Assembly: GCA_963799485.1 (NCBI GenBank)
Contig: CAWCXJ010000007.1
Location: 128,001-192,000 of the forward strand
Length of the DNA stretch: 64,000 bases
Direction: 5' to 3'
DNA from: an uncultured Trueperaceae bacterium
GTDB lineage: Bacteria; Deinococcota; Deinococci; Deinococcales; Trueperaceae
Below are positions 9,784 to 20,110 of the stretch, one piece after another; the first letter of the stretch is position 1; the number at the start of each line of letters is the position of its first letter. The position numbers and the translations under genes were made by a program. The notes below the pieces were generated by a model. The model was not told where the DNA came from, did not search any database, and saw only the letters and a program-made list of their open reading frames with translations.

Positions 9784-11106
9784 ATGCACAGAACGTATGG
9801 AGGCTTGGGTAAATGGATACCAAGCTTCATTGGGCTGACAATCTTTTTGATGTGGGGAGCAGCGCAGGCGCAGCGCCCGGTGTGGGTCGTGCCGATTGAA
9901 GGCGTCATCTCCTCGGCAACCGCGCAGTTTGTCGAGGCGCGGCTTCAGGAGGCCGCCGCCGAGCAACCTTTAGCCGTGGTTTTTGAAATCGACACACCCG
10001 GCGGCAGCGTCGCCGCCGCTGAACAGATCGCCAACAGCATCTTGAACGCCCCCGTGCCGACGATTGCGGTGGCAAATCAGGCGCTGAGTGCAGGCGCACT
10101 GATTGCCATGAGCGCCGAGCAGCTCGCCATGCTCCCCGGCGGCACCATCGGCGCGGCAACGGCGATCAACGGTATTACCGGGCAGACCGCTTCAGAGAAG
10201 ATCAATTCAGCGTGGCGCGGGCAGTTTCGCAGCGTCGCCGAGGCGCGAAACCGCAACGCCCGCGTCGCTGAAGGGATGGTCTCGGAGCGTATCGAGGTGC
10301 CGGGGCTTTCGACGAACCAAGAACTCATCACGCTGACGGCGGCGCAGGCAGTCGAATACAACATCGCCAATTTGCGGGCCGACAGCCTGCGGGCTGCGCT
10401 TAACGAACTGGGCTACGGGGACGTGGCGCTAGAAAGACGCGAGCCCAGTCCCTGGGAACGTTTTGCCGGAGCCTTGACCAACCCGCTCTTCGCCGCAGTT
10501 TTGCTCGCCGTCGGCGTCATCGGCGTGGCAGTTGAAATCTTTACGCCGGGGTTCGGGATTCCGGGCAGCGTCGGAATCGTGGCGCTGCTGCTCTTTTTTG
10601 CCGGGTCGTTTGCCGCGAGTCCGCCGGGCATCGTCGACGTGGCGCTGATTCTGGGCGGGGTTGTTTTAGTCGCCGTGGAGCTGTTCGTCATCCCCGGTTT
10701 CGGCGTCGCCGGGGTGCTGGGTTTTGCGGCGCTGGCGTGGGGTATCGCCCGCATCTTTCAGGGCAACACACTCACCATGCTCGGCTACACCACGCTTATC
10801 GGTGCGGCGCTCGTAGGTTTGGCCCTGTGGCTCTTGCCCAACTCGAGGCTGATGCGCCCCCTCACGCTCTCGGCGCGGCTCTCGGGTTCGCCTAAAGAAG
10901 AAACGCTCCTCGTCCCGCAGTCTCCTCACGAACTGCTCGGACAGACCGGCACCGCGCTCACCGACCTGCGTCCGGCAGGGACGGTTCAAATCGACAAACT
11001 GCGTATCGACGTGGTGACCGAAGGCGGTTATATCGCCCGTGGCAGTGACGTCGAGGTCGTCCGCGTCGAAGGCAACCGCGTTACGGTGCGCGAGTTGAGT
11101 GCTTGA
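9784..11106 (+). CDS. nfeD: NfeD-family membrane protein (long form, YqeZ-like)
   Basis: IDTPGG, ALSAGALIAM, EIFTPGFGIPG, LTDLRPAG and C-terminal OB fold; start moved to ATG 9784, 7 nt after TATACT. Confidence 0.88.
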   Translation: MHRTYGGLGKWIPSFIGLTIFLMWGAAQAQRPVWVVPIEGVISSATAQFVEARLQEAAAEQPLAVVFEIDTPGGSVAAAEQIANSILNAPVPTIAVANQALSAGALIAMSAEQLAMLPGGTIGAATAINGITGQTASEKINSAWRGQFRSVAEARNRNARVAEGMVSERIEVPGLSTNQELITLTAAQAVEYNIANLRADSLRAALNELGYGDVALERREPSPWERFAGALTNPLFAAVLLAVGVIGVAVEIFTPGFGIPGSVGIVALLLFFAGSFAASPPGIVDVALILGGVVLVAVELFVIPGFGVAGVLGFAALAWGIARIFQGNTLTMLGYTTLIGAALVGLALWLLPNSRLMRPLTLSARLSGSPKEETLLVPQSPHELLGQTGTALTDLRPAGTVQIDKLRIDVVTEGGYIARGSDVEVVRVEGNRVTVRELSA

Positions 11107-11215
11107 ACCCCGTGGCGCTTTACTTTTGCAGCGCCAGCCGCTATCTTGCGTTTATCTTGACTCAAACCCTGCTTGGCAAAACCGTTACAAAAACGGTATC
11201 TAAAGGAGTTTATCT

Positions 11216-12190
11216 GTGGATTTAAGTGTCATCATCATCGCCGCAATCGTCGTCGTCTTTTTTATCATCTTGTTTTCGTTCGTGCCTATCGGATTGTGGA
11301 TTTCGGCGATTTCGGCGGGCGTGCGCGTCAGCCTCACAAGCCTCGTAGCGATGAGACTCCGGCGTGTGCCACCTCACCGCATCATCTTGCCGCTGATTAA
11401 GGCCGACAAAGCCGGCATCGACGTAACGCAAGATTTGCTCGAGGCGCACTTTCTCGCCGGGGGTAACGTCGACAGAGTCGTCGACGCGCTGATTGCTGCC
11501 GACAAAGCCAAAATCGGTCTTCCTTTCGACCGCGCCGCCGCCATCGACTTAGCCGGTCGTGACGTGTTAGACGCCGTAAAAGTCTCGGTGAACCCACGCG
11601 TGATTCAAACACCGTCGGTTGCCGCCGTCGCCAAGGACGGGATTCAGCTCATCTCGACCGCCCGCGTCACGGTGCGGGCAAACCTGGAGCGACTCGTTGG
11701 GGGCGCCGGTGAAGAGACGATTATCGCCCGCGTCGGTGAGGGCATCGTCTCATCGATTGGTTCGTCGGCAAGTCACAAAACCGTGCTGGAAAACCCCGAT
11801 GTGATCTCTAAAACGGTGCTCGCCAAAGGTCTCGATTCGGGCACCGCCTTTGAAATCTTGTCCATCGACATCGCCGACGTCGACGTCGGTAAAAACATCG
11901 GCGCAATTTTGCAAACCGACCAGGCCGAGGCCGACAAGAGCGTCGCCCAGGCGAAAGCCGAGGAGCGCCGTGCGATGGCGGTCGCCGCCGAGCAGGAAAA
12001 CCGCGCCAAAGTCGAAGAGATGCGCGCCAAAGTGGTTGAATCCGAGGCCGAGGTGCCGCGAGCCCTCGCTGAAGCGTTCCGCAGTGGCAATTTCGGCGTG
12101 ATGGACTACTACAACCTGCAAAACCTCCAGTCCGACACGCAGATGCGCGGCAACATCGCCCGCGCGACCAACGACGGCGACGGAAGCTAA
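11216..12190 (+). CDS. floA: Flotillin-like protein FloA (YqfA)
   Basis: [65 protein letters not shown]. Confidence 0.95.
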   Translation: MDLSVIIIAAIVVVFFIILFSFVPIGLWISAISAGVRVSLTSLVAMRLRRVPPHRIILPLIKADKAGIDVTQDLLEAHFLAGGNVDRVVDALIAADKAKIGLPFDRAAAIDLAGRDVLDAVKVSVNPRVIQTPSVAAVAKDGIQLISTARVTVRANLERLVGGAGEETIIARVGEGIVSSIGSSASHKTVLENPDVISKTVLAKGLDSGTAFEILSIDIADVDVGKNIGAILQTDQAEADKSVAQAKAEERRAMAVAAEQENRAKVEEMRAKVVESEAEVPRALAEAFRSGNFGVMDYYNLQNLQSDTQMRGNIARATNDGDGS

Positions 12191-12193
12191 ACG

Positions 12194-12814
12194 TTGAACA
12201 TCCCCTTCGAACTCATCTTTATCGTGCTGTTTTTCGTGCTGCCCGCGCTCAGCGGTGTGATGCGGCGCGTTCAGGGGCGGGGGCAGCAGCGCCCTCCAAC
12301 CCAAACACGGTCTACCACGCCCCGCGCCGGTAGCTCCGGCCCATCAGCGAATACGGACGCCGATACGCGGACGGACATTCCGCGCTGGCTCGAGGAGGCG
12401 CAGCGCCGGGTACGCGAAGCGCAGCAGGGTGAGGCCGACCAGCGGGGCAGGCGCGGGCAAGCAACTAAACCTTCACCCAAACCTCAAGCCAGGCCGCTGG
12501 TCCAGCCCCGCCCAGCCGTTACGCGTCCGCAACAAGCGCGTCCGGCAGTCACTCAGCCGAAACCGACGAGTCTCGAGGATTACCGCCCCAATCCCGTCAG
12601 TTTGGAGCAAACCTCCGCGTCGACGCGCCAACCGGCGACAACGCCTGCACCGCCCCTGCGTGTCCAACGTCTCGGCGGCCGAAAAAGTACTACACTGGGC
12701 TCGTATAAGATGCGGTTTGATGAAGAGACCCTGATGACCGGTTTTATCTGGCACCAAATCCTCTCACCGCCGCTCTCCAAAAGGAGGAACGCTCAATCGC
12801 AACGTCAACGCTGA
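12194..12814 (+). CDS. YqfB-like protein (N-terminal TM, disordered Q/P/R linker, conserved C-terminal motif)
   Basis: Follows floA; C-terminal GFIWHQILSPPLSKR resembles the YqfB-type 'EILGPP' motif. Confidence 0.65.
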   Translation: MNIPFELIFIVLFFVLPALSGVMRRVQGRGQQRPPTQTRSTTPRAGSSGPSANTDADTRTDIPRWLEEAQRRVREAQQGEADQRGRRGQATKPSPKPQARPLVQPRPAVTRPQQARPAVTQPKPTSLEDYRPNPVSLEQTSASTRQPATTPAPPLRVQRLGGRKSTTLGSYKMRFDEETLMTGFIWHQILSPPLSKRRNAQSQRQR

Positions 12815-13740
12815 AGTTACGCTCGCCCGCCGAGGCTATCTCGCTGTTCGGGCAAAACGATGAAAATCTCAAACTTTTACGGCATAAACTGAGCGCCAAG
12901 GTTGTGGCCAGGGGCGACGAACTCCGGCTTTCCGGCGATGACCGTGACGTAGCCGAGGCCGAGCGCACCTTTGCCTCACTGCTAAGCAGCATTCGGCGCG
13001 GCGAAGCGCTCAGCTTAACCGAATTGACACACCTAAGCGCCGAAGCCCTAAGCAACCCCGCCCCGGTTGAACCGGTGACGCAGGGCGCAGCCGAACGGCT
13101 CCCGCGCCGCGCCCGCCCCAAAACGGCGGGGCAGCGCCGTTACGTTTCCGCTATCGAGCACAGTGAAATTACTTTCGGCATCGGCCCGGCAGGAACGGGC
13201 AAAACGTATCTGGCCGTAGCGATGGCGGTGCAGGCGCTGAAAGACAAACGCGTCAAACGTATCGTCCTGACGCGTCCTGCTGTCGAAGCAGGCGAACGGT
13301 TGGGATTTTTACCAGGAGACTTGCAGGCTAAAATCGATCCTTACCTGCGCCCCTTGTACGACGCGCTTTACGACATGTTAGACGGTGACAAGGGCGAGTT
13401 GCTGTTTCAAAACGGCACCATCGAGGTCGCGCCGCTGGCGTTTATGCGGGGCCGCACCCTAAACGACGCCTTTATCATTCTGGACGAGGCGCAAAACACC
13501 ACGCCCGAACAGATGAAGATGTTTCTGACGCGGATGGGCTTTAACAGCCGGGTGGTCGTTACGGGCGACATCACCCAGACCGACCTGCCGCAAAACATGA
13601 CGAGCGGCCTCAAGGTCGGTGAGCGCATCTTAAAAGACATCGAAGGCATCGACTTCATCTACTTTAACGAGAGCGACGTGGTGCGGCACCCGCTCGTGGC
13701 GCGTATCGTCAAAGCGTATGACAGCTTCCAGGAGCCCTAG
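12796..13740 (+). CDS. phoH: PhoH-family ATPase (YbeZ-like); probable ATC start
   Basis: [35 protein letters not shown]; conserved N-terminal [10 protein letters not shown] lies upstream of the tracked GTG 12904. Confidence 0.9.
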   Translation: MATSTLKLRSPAEAISLFGQNDENLKLLRHKLSAKVVARGDELRLSGDDRDVAEAERTFASLLSSIRRGEALSLTELTHLSAEALSNPAPVEPVTQGAAERLPRRARPKTAGQRRYVSAIEHSEITFGIGPAGTGKTYLAVAMAVQALKDKRVKRIVLTRPAVEAGERLGFLPGDLQAKIDPYLRPLYDALYDMLDGDKGELLFQNGTIEVAPLAFMRGRTLNDAFIILDEAQNTTPEQMKMFLTRMGFNSRVVVTGDITQTDLPQNMTSGLKVGERILKDIEGIDFIYFNESDVVRHPLVARIVKAYDSFQEP

Positions 13741-15724
13741 AGCCGACCCTAAAACCGAGCTTAGGCTCGGGTGGCGGCGGCGGCGCGAACTTTCACGCAG
13801 ACGTTTCGGGTTGACCGCAGCACTTTTTGCCGTCACCTTAGTGGGCCTTTTTTACAGCGTTTACGGGCTCTATCCGGCTGCGGCGCTCCGGGTCGGTCAG
13901 CCGAGTCCACAGACGTTTGTCGCGCCGCAGCAGCTTTCGGTAATTGACGAAGTGGCGACGGCGCGGGAACGGCAAGCGGCGCGGGGTCAAGTCGGTACCA
14001 TCTACAGCTCGGTACCCCAGCTGCGCGCGCTGATGCTCGAGGAAATCGCCGCTGGCACCCTGCCGGAAAATGTCAAACGCTTTTTAAGAACCGCCTACAA
14101 CCGCCCGGAAGGGGTCAGCGCGCTCACGCTGGGCACCGTGATTCGCAGCGCCGCCGAGCTTACCCCTGAAGCTCAACAATCCCGCGTGGCGCGAGTCCTC
14201 TCCGAAACGCTCCTCGCCAGCGCCGAACCGAACATCCGCCTGACCGAAGCGGCGCGGGAGGCCGCTGCCGGGAGCGTCACCCCCGTGCTGCGCGCTCTTG
14301 CGGCCGGAGAAGTCATCGTCGAACGGGGACAACCCCTGACACAAAATGTTCTCGGCGTCCTCGAGGACACCGGACTCTACAACTCGCGGAGCGAACGGCT
14401 TGCGCAGGGCGTCCGCTTGTGGCTGGTGTGTTCTGTGCTGGCCCTGCTCTTAAGCGCACCCTTGCTCTTTTTTTACACGGCGCTCCGGCGGAGCGTCACC
14501 ATCGGGCAGCTATCGTTTCTGGTCGCGCTCTGGGCCACCGCGCTCATCGCGCAGCGCTTGGCGCTCATCGCCGACAGTCACCTTCTCTTTATCGCCTTTT
14601 TGCCGCTTTTGGGCGCAGTCTTGTTCGGTGAACGTCTGGCCTTCATACTGGCGGTGTGGCTGGCGGTTATCACCGCATTTTTAACACCGGGCACAGGTCT
14701 GGTGACGCTGCTCGTGGTGCTAAGCAGCAGCGTCGTCGCGCTCTTGTTGGCGAAAACCTTTCGGACACGGGCGTCGCTTTTACTCGCCGGGCTTTTGGGC
14801 GGTGTTGCCGGATTTTTAGGGTTTGCCGTTTTTACCGCATTAAGTGGCGGGTTTGAAACGCTCGGGGTGGCAGCCGCGAGCGCCTGGATTTTAGGTGGTG
14901 GCCTCCTAAGCGGGATTCTCGCGCTCGCGGCGCTGCCCTTAGCCGAGAGCAATCTAGGTTTTTTAACCGAATTTCGGCTGTTAGAACTCATGAGCCCGTC
15001 GAACCCGTTGTTGCAAAAACTCCTTTTGGAAGCGCCTGGAACCTATCAGCACAGTCTGATTATCTCGAACCTGGTCGATCAGGCGGTGAGCAACATCGGC
15101 GGCGACGCGCTTTTAGCCCGCGTCGGAGCCTTGTATCACGACGTCGGCAAGCTCAAAAGACCGCAGTTCTTTACTGAAAACCAGTTTGCCGGGGAAAACC
15201 CGCACGACCGCATCTCGCCGCACCTGTCGTACCTGATTATCACCAGCCATGTACGCGACGGGGTTGAACTTTTACGCGAGTACGGCCTACCCGCTACGCT
15301 CGAGCCCTTTGTCAACGAACACCACGGCACGACTGTTTTGGCCTACTTTTATAAACGGGCGCTCGAGGGTTCCGAGAGCGTCAAGGAACTTAGTTTCCGT
15401 TACGCGGGGCCGCGCCCGCAGAGCAAGGAGACGGCGGTGCTGATGCTTGCCGACGCGGTAGAGTCGGCCTCCCGGACGCTCACCGAACCTTCGCAGGGGA
15501 GCATCCGGGCAATGATCGACCGGCTTTTCGAGGTGCGGCGGCAGGACGATCAGCTCGCCGAGAGCCCGCTCAATTTTCACGATTTGGAAGTTATCGCCAA
15601 CACTTTCGAGCGGATGCTCACCGCGATTCTCCACAGGCGCGTTTCCTACCCCTCTAACGAGGAGATACAGAGGCTCAAACATGATCGAGATACTCGGCGA
15701 AGCCCAGCGCTACCCCTCCCGTAG
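13718..15724 (+). CDS. pgpH: 7TM-HDIG phosphohydrolase, PgpH-like (c-di-AMP phosphodiesterase family)
   Basis: Extracellular domain, multiple TMs, APGTYQHS, GALYHDVGK, HHGT, MLAD; located between phoH and ybeY. Confidence 0.82.
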   Translation: MTASRSPRADPKTELRLGWRRRRELSRRRFGLTAALFAVTLVGLFYSVYGLYPAAALRVGQPSPQTFVAPQQLSVIDEVATARERQAARGQVGTIYSSVPQLRALMLEEIAAGTLPENVKRFLRTAYNRPEGVSALTLGTVIRSAAELTPEAQQSRVARVLSETLLASAEPNIRLTEAAREAAAGSVTPVLRALAAGEVIVERGQPLTQNVLGVLEDTGLYNSRSERLAQGVRLWLVCSVLALLLSAPLLFFYTALRRSVTIGQLSFLVALWATALIAQRLALIADSHLLFIAFLPLLGAVLFGERLAFILAVWLAVITAFLTPGTGLVTLLVVLSSSVVALLLAKTFRTRASLLLAGLLGGVAGFLGFAVFTALSGGFETLGVAAASAWILGGGLLSGILALAALPLAESNLGFLTEFRLLELMSPSNPLLQKLLLEAPGTYQHSLIISNLVDQAVSNIGGDALLARVGALYHDVGKLKRPQFFTENQFAGENPHDRISPHLSYLIITSHVRDGVELLREYGLPATLEPFVNEHHGTTVLAYFYKRALEGSESVKELSFRYAGPRPQSKETAVLMLADAVESASRTLTEPSQGSIRAMIDRLFEVRRQDDQLAESPLNFHDLEVIANTFERMLTAILHRRVSYPSNEEIQRLKHDRDTRRSPALPLP

Positions 15725-16112
15725 CGCCCTCAAACAAGCGCTTGTGGCGCTCACCACCGAACTCGGCGCCGGCGAAAAACAGCTGACGGTCGTGTTGGTC
15801 GACGACGCGGAGATTCACGCGCTGAACGACGAGCATTTGGGCGTTGACAGCCCGACCGATGTGTTGTCGTTTCCGCTTTTTGAACTCGGTGACGAGGGCT
15901 TTCCCGATGTGCCGCACTTGGGCGATGTAGTCATCAGTTTGGATACCGCGCAGCGCCAGGCCGACGCCGCCGGACATTCGCTTACGACCGAAGTCGCCAC
16001 CCTAGCCGCGCACGGCCTCACGCACTTACTCGGCTACGACCACCCTACGGAGGAGGCATGGGCTACCTTCCGCGCCAACCAAACGCGCATCGTGGCGCTG
16101 CTCTCTCACTAA
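15681..16112 (+). CDS. ybeY: rRNA maturation RNase YbeY
   Basis: PTDVLSF, LGDVVIS, HGLTHLLGYDH. Confidence 0.95.
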   Translation: MIEILGEAQRYPSRSALKQALVALTTELGAGEKQLTVVLVDDAEIHALNDEHLGVDSPTDVLSFPLFELGDEGFPDVPHLGDVVISLDTAQRQADAAGHSLTTEVATLAAHGLTHLLGYDHPTEEAWATFRANQTRIVALLSH

Positions 16113-16471
16113 GAAGGCTACGCGCGGCCTTCGGGGTCGCGTTTGCAGGGGTTTACGCGGTGTGGCGAACCAGCGGCAACTTTCGGCTCGAGGTTGCTGT
16201 CGGCAGCTTGGCCCTGCTGCTGAGCCTGTTTCTAAAAACCGGCGTCGTGCCGGTACTTATCTTGTGCGCGCTCGTTTTATCTTTGGAGCTGCTTAACAGC
16301 GGGCTCGAGGCCGCTGTAGACCTCGCCTCACCGGAGCTGCACCCGGTAGCCAAATATGCCAAAGACGCCGGGGCCGGGGCGGTGCTCATAGCTGCGCTCG
16401 TGTCGGTCATCGTCGGCTTGTGGTTGCTCGGGCCGCCTTTGTGGGCGTTCGTGACAAAAATGCTGGCGTGA
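16058..16471 (+). CDS. dgkA: Diacylglycerol/undecaprenol kinase
   Basis: ELLNSGLEAAVD, AKYAKDAGAGAVL; start uncertain. Confidence 0.88.
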   Translation: MGYLPRQPNAHRGAALSLRRLRAAFGVAFAGVYAVWRTSGNFRLEVAVGSLALLLSLFLKTGVVPVLILCALVLSLELLNSGLEAAVDLASPELHPVAKYAKDAGAGAVLIAALVSVIVGLWLLGPPLWAFVTKMLA

Positions 16472-16914
16472 CCTATGCTTTTGAACTTCTTATGTAGCGT
16501 TCGGTAACAGCGGGTGCTTGGAAGTCGTTGGCTTTATTTCACTCGGCAAGCTCTATCTCCAGAGTGTTTGGCATCAACGTTAGGTTTGGCGAGCACGGCT
16601 CCGAGCTCGAGTTTTGACCAAGCAGAAGCGGTCGGCCGCTACCGTTATACAGACCACATAAGGCTTTCTTTAGGGTGACGCGTCTTGAGAGAACATGCAT
16701 CAACCTAATGCCGCGCAGTGCCTATTTGTGGCAAACACGCGCCCAGCACGGGATGAGCAAAACCTACGCAAATGGTAGCAAGGACTGCGCTACCAAAACA
16801 GTTTGGTGGCGCAAAATCGGGGTACCTTGCAGTAAAGGTTTCGTTGGTCGCGCCCCTTAGTGTGCTACAGACGTCTTTGGCGCGCCTACAGCCGCAAAAA
16901 GTGGGAGGGACGAT

Positions 16915-18882
16915 ATGGGTTTGCCGCAGTGGTTACTGGTTGTTTCAGGGCTTCTCGCTTTTGCAGTCGTTCTCGGTACCTTCGCCGAGCGGGTGCGACT
17001 ACCGGTGACGGTCGTGCTGGTCGTAGTAGGTTTCGTCGCCTCGTGGGTCAGCGGCAGCTTTGGGCTGAGTAGCCCGTTGGGGGGCGAGGGTTTTGAAGAA
17101 GTCGTGGTTTTTTTGTTTCTCCCCGTGCTGGTTTTCGAGGCCGCCTACGGCCTCTCTACTCAAGCATTTTTCCGCAACCTCGGGCCGATTTTGGTGTTGG
17201 CGATCCCCGCTGTTATCGTCTCCGCAGTTTTTATCGGCCTCGCCCTTTACTGGATTTTAGGCACGCCGCTGCTGGCCGCGCTCCTTTTCGGGGCGCTGAT
17301 TTCAGCGACCGATCCCGTCGCCGTCGTCGCTATTTTCCGGGAGTTGGGCGTACCGAGCCGCCTGCTGACCATCGTCGAGGGCGAAAGCCTGCTCAACGAC
17401 GGGGTGGCTATCGTGCTTTTTACCATCTTGCTGGGCGTCGCTCTCGGCGGCGAGGTGAGCGTCCTCGGCGGCGTTTTGGAGTTCTTTAACGTTTTTCTCG
17501 GGGGTGCGCTTATCGGCGCGGTAGTCGGGTTGATCGCCGCCTTTGTGCTGCCGTGGCTTGACCGTTTAGCAGCGGCTGCGCTTACGGTAGCCGTCGCTTA
17601 CGGCGGCTTCGTGCTGGCTGACGAAGTGCTCGGCTTCTCGGGGGTCATGGCGACGGTCGCGTCGGGGCTGGTGCTGAGCGGTTTCGCGCCGAGCCGCGCG
17701 TCCGAGTCCGTCCGCGCGGTCTGGCGCGAGCTGTGGGAGTCGCTCGGCTACACCGCCAACGGGCTGCTGTTTCTCCTAATCGGCCTGGCTATCGATCCGG
17801 CACTCCTCCGCGTCCACTTCGTCGCGATCATGCTCGCTATTGTCGTCGTTTTGCTCGCGCGCGCCGCTGCGGTCATTCCGCTGGTGTCGGTACTCGAGCG
17901 CCTTTCGGGGCTGCCGCCTGTTGGTTTTCGCAACGAGGCGGTGCTCATCTGGGGCGGGCTCAGGGGCGGCGTCGCGCTGGCGCTGGCGCTGGCGCTCCCC
18001 GAGGCGTTGGCGCAGCGCGAACTGTTTGTTGCAATGACGGGCGGCGTGGTGCTCGCTACACTGCTCCTTAACGCGACCACCATCCGCACGCTCGTACACC
18101 GCCTGGGGCTCGATAAGCCGAGCCGCGCCGAGCAGTTTCTGGCAGGTGGGGCGCGTCTTTCGGGAATCCGGGCAGCTCGGCAACGGCTTGAAGAGTTGGG
18201 GCTCGAGAACCCGGCAGTTTCGGCGGCGCTGGGCGACGCCGAGGACGCCGCCCGCACGGAGTTGGCGCGCATCGAACTGTCGGCGGAAGAGGAGTTGGAG
18301 GTCGTCACCCGGCGCGGCCTGTTTGTAGAGCGCGAAACGTATCAGCGCCTCAGCGACGCGGGCCTTTTGCCGCCCGCCTCGACCCGCGTCTTGCTGCACG
18401 AAACCGACGACAAAATCGAAGCTGTTAGCCTGGGCCGGGCTTCGTTGGATACCTTGCAGGAGCGTAAGCGGCCCCGCTCTGACCGCCTCCTGGCGCGGCT
18501 GACCGGCTGGCTGCCTCAGCCTTTAGGAGAGGACGCGTCCGAACTGGCCTACGCCGAGGCGACTGCGCGGCGGCTGGCGGCGCGCCGGACGGTCGAGGCG
18601 TTGGCGCTTTTCGAGCACCTGCCGAACGTTCACAACGAAGCGGTCGCGGCGGCGAAGCGCACGTTTGTTCGCTGGGAAGAAGAGGCCACTGCTTCACTAG
18701 ACGAGTTGGACGGCGAAAGGGCGCGCGACTTAGACGCCCTGCACCGCCGCCAAGCCGCCGCGCTGAGCCGCGTCGCCGCTAGCGAGGCGTTAGGCGAACT
18801 TGCGGAAGTCGGTCTGTTATCTGCGGTCGTCGCGCGCCGGGCGGCGGAGGCGGTGGCCGCGGAGGTCGGTGGGGCGGCGTAG
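16915..18882 (+). CDS. CPA1 Na+(K+)/H+ antiporter with a long C-terminal cytoplasmic domain
   Basis: LISATDPVAV, EGESLLNDG, WGGLRGGVALALAL. Confidence 0.9.
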   Translation: MGLPQWLLVVSGLLAFAVVLGTFAERVRLPVTVVLVVVGFVASWVSGSFGLSSPLGGEGFEEVVVFLFLPVLVFEAAYGLSTQAFFRNLGPILVLAIPAVIVSAVFIGLALYWILGTPLLAALLFGALISATDPVAVVAIFRELGVPSRLLTIVEGESLLNDGVAIVLFTILLGVALGGEVSVLGGVLEFFNVFLGGALIGAVVGLIAAFVLPWLDRLAAAALTVAVAYGGFVLADEVLGFSGVMATVASGLVLSGFAPSRASESVRAVWRELWESLGYTANGLLFLLIGLAIDPALLRVHFVAIMLAIVVVLLARAAAVIPLVSVLERLSGLPPVGFRNEAVLIWGGLRGGVALALALALPEALAQRELFVAMTGGVVLATLLLNATTIRTLVHRLGLDKPSRAEQFLAGGARLSGIRAARQRLEELGLENPAVSAALGDAEDAARTELARIELSAEEELEVVTRRGLFVERETYQRLSDAGLLPPASTRVLLHETDDKIEAVSLGRASLDTLQERKRPRSDRLLARLTGWLPQPLGEDASELAYAEATARRLAARRTVEALALFEHLPNVHNEAVAAAKRTFVRWEEEATASLDELDGERARDLDALHRRQAAALSRVAASEALGELAEVGLLSAVVARRAAEAVAAEVGGAA

Positions 18883-19069
18883 GCGGGCAACGACCAAAGT
18901 ACCTGCCGACTGACAGCTCCACGTAAAGTTGCGCTATCTCTTCACAGCTCCCGGCGCAAAAAGCGAGTGCCAGACTGTGTCTTTTCGGGCGAGGACGTTT
19001 TAAGTTCAGTAAACTTTCGGTACAGCCTGAAGGTCACGCTGCCGGTTTCGGTAATTTTGTGCCGAGAGC

Positions 19070-20074
19070 TTAGAAGAACCCTGCTACCCTCAAATTCAAG
19101 GTAGCGACGGTAGGCTCGGGCCCAAACCGCGCCGCCACGCCAAGTGTAAGTTCGCCGTCGGCGAGCCGGGTATAGCTAGCACCCAAGCTGGAACGCACAG
19201 CGTCCGGGTCGAAAAACGCGTTGCCGGTTAGCGATAAACTCATATCGCTATCACCGAGCGGCAGCGCGACTTGACCGCGTACAGCGGGGCGCGGGTTTAT
19301 AACGGGTGACAACTGCGCCGGAATTGTGTCCCCGTCGTCTTTGAGGTTGACTCCACCCGGTGTGAGGTAGGCGGCCTCGAGCGTCCATGTCCCATTCGTC
19401 AAGTTGCCGTTGAGCCCCAGCGCCCCGCGTCCTTCTAAGGGATTCGTCAAAAGCCACACCTCGCCGTAAACCACCACGTCAGCGACCAGACCACTCCCGC
19501 CGAGTCCGGCGACCAGGCCGTTTTGGTAAAGAGTGTGGGCCTCGAGGTCGAAGCGGTCGAACGTTCGCCGTAAACTGACAAGTGGCGTGACATTTTCTAG
19601 AAAATCCTGTCCCGTAATCTCTCGGTAAAAAACGGCCCCACGCACGCGCCAGTCACCGCCGTAAAAGACGCCGCGTACTCCCGGCACCCCGCGGCGAACC
19701 CCCCGAAACCCGGCAGTCTCAACGCCGTAGGGCACGCTCAAGCGGGCAGTTTCTAGCGGGAGCCGTTCAATTCCTGCGCTGAGGTCGAAGTTGCCATACG
19801 TTGTCGCCGCGTACAACTCAGTCAGTCCCGGCTCGGTCGTTACAATCTGGCTTACACGCACGCTCGGGTCGAGGACAAGACTGAGATCAACGGGCGCAAA
19901 GTCGCTCGACTTTACGTTGTAACCAGCCTCGAGGTGTCCCGCTAACGTCAGGCCGGTTTGGGCAGGTACGGTGCTAAAAGTCGACGCTGTAGCAAACGCG
20001 ACCTCACCCCGATAATAGGGTTGTGCGAAAGAAAAAGACGCCGTAAAAAGTAGCAAAACAGGCAAGGATTTCAT
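19070..20074 (-). CDS. Exported protein, probable outer-membrane beta-barrel
   Basis: Signal peptide MKSLPVLLLFTASFSFA, alternating beta-strand pattern, C-terminal Phe; GAGGA SD; last gene of the exporter operon. Confidence 0.65.
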   Translation of the reverse strand: MKSLPVLLLFTASFSFAQPYYRGEVAFATASTFSTVPAQTGLTLAGHLEAGYNVKSSDFAPVDLSLVLDPSVRVSQIVTTEPGLTELYAATTYGNFDLSAGIERLPLETARLSVPYGVETAGFRGVRRGVPGVRGVFYGGDWRVRGAVFYREITGQDFLENVTPLVSLRRTFDRFDLEAHTLYQNGLVAGLGGSGLVADVVVYGEVWLLTNPLEGRGALGLNGNLTNGTWTLEAAYLTPGGVNLKDDGDTIPAQLSPVINPRPAVRGQVALPLGDSDMSLSLTGNAFFDPDAVRSSLGASYTRLADGELTLGVAARFGPEPTVATLNLRVAGFF

Positions 20075-20110
20075 GTTTACAGTCCTCAATCGTCAACCTT
20101 CCTAGCGACT

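Noticed and set aside
16472..16914. Long intergenic region upstream of the antiporter as a c-di-AMP or Na+/Li+ riboswitch
   Set aside because: No recognisable conserved riboswitch motif by eye, only a short TGGTAGC/GCTACCA stem; an Rfam scan is needed to exclude it fully
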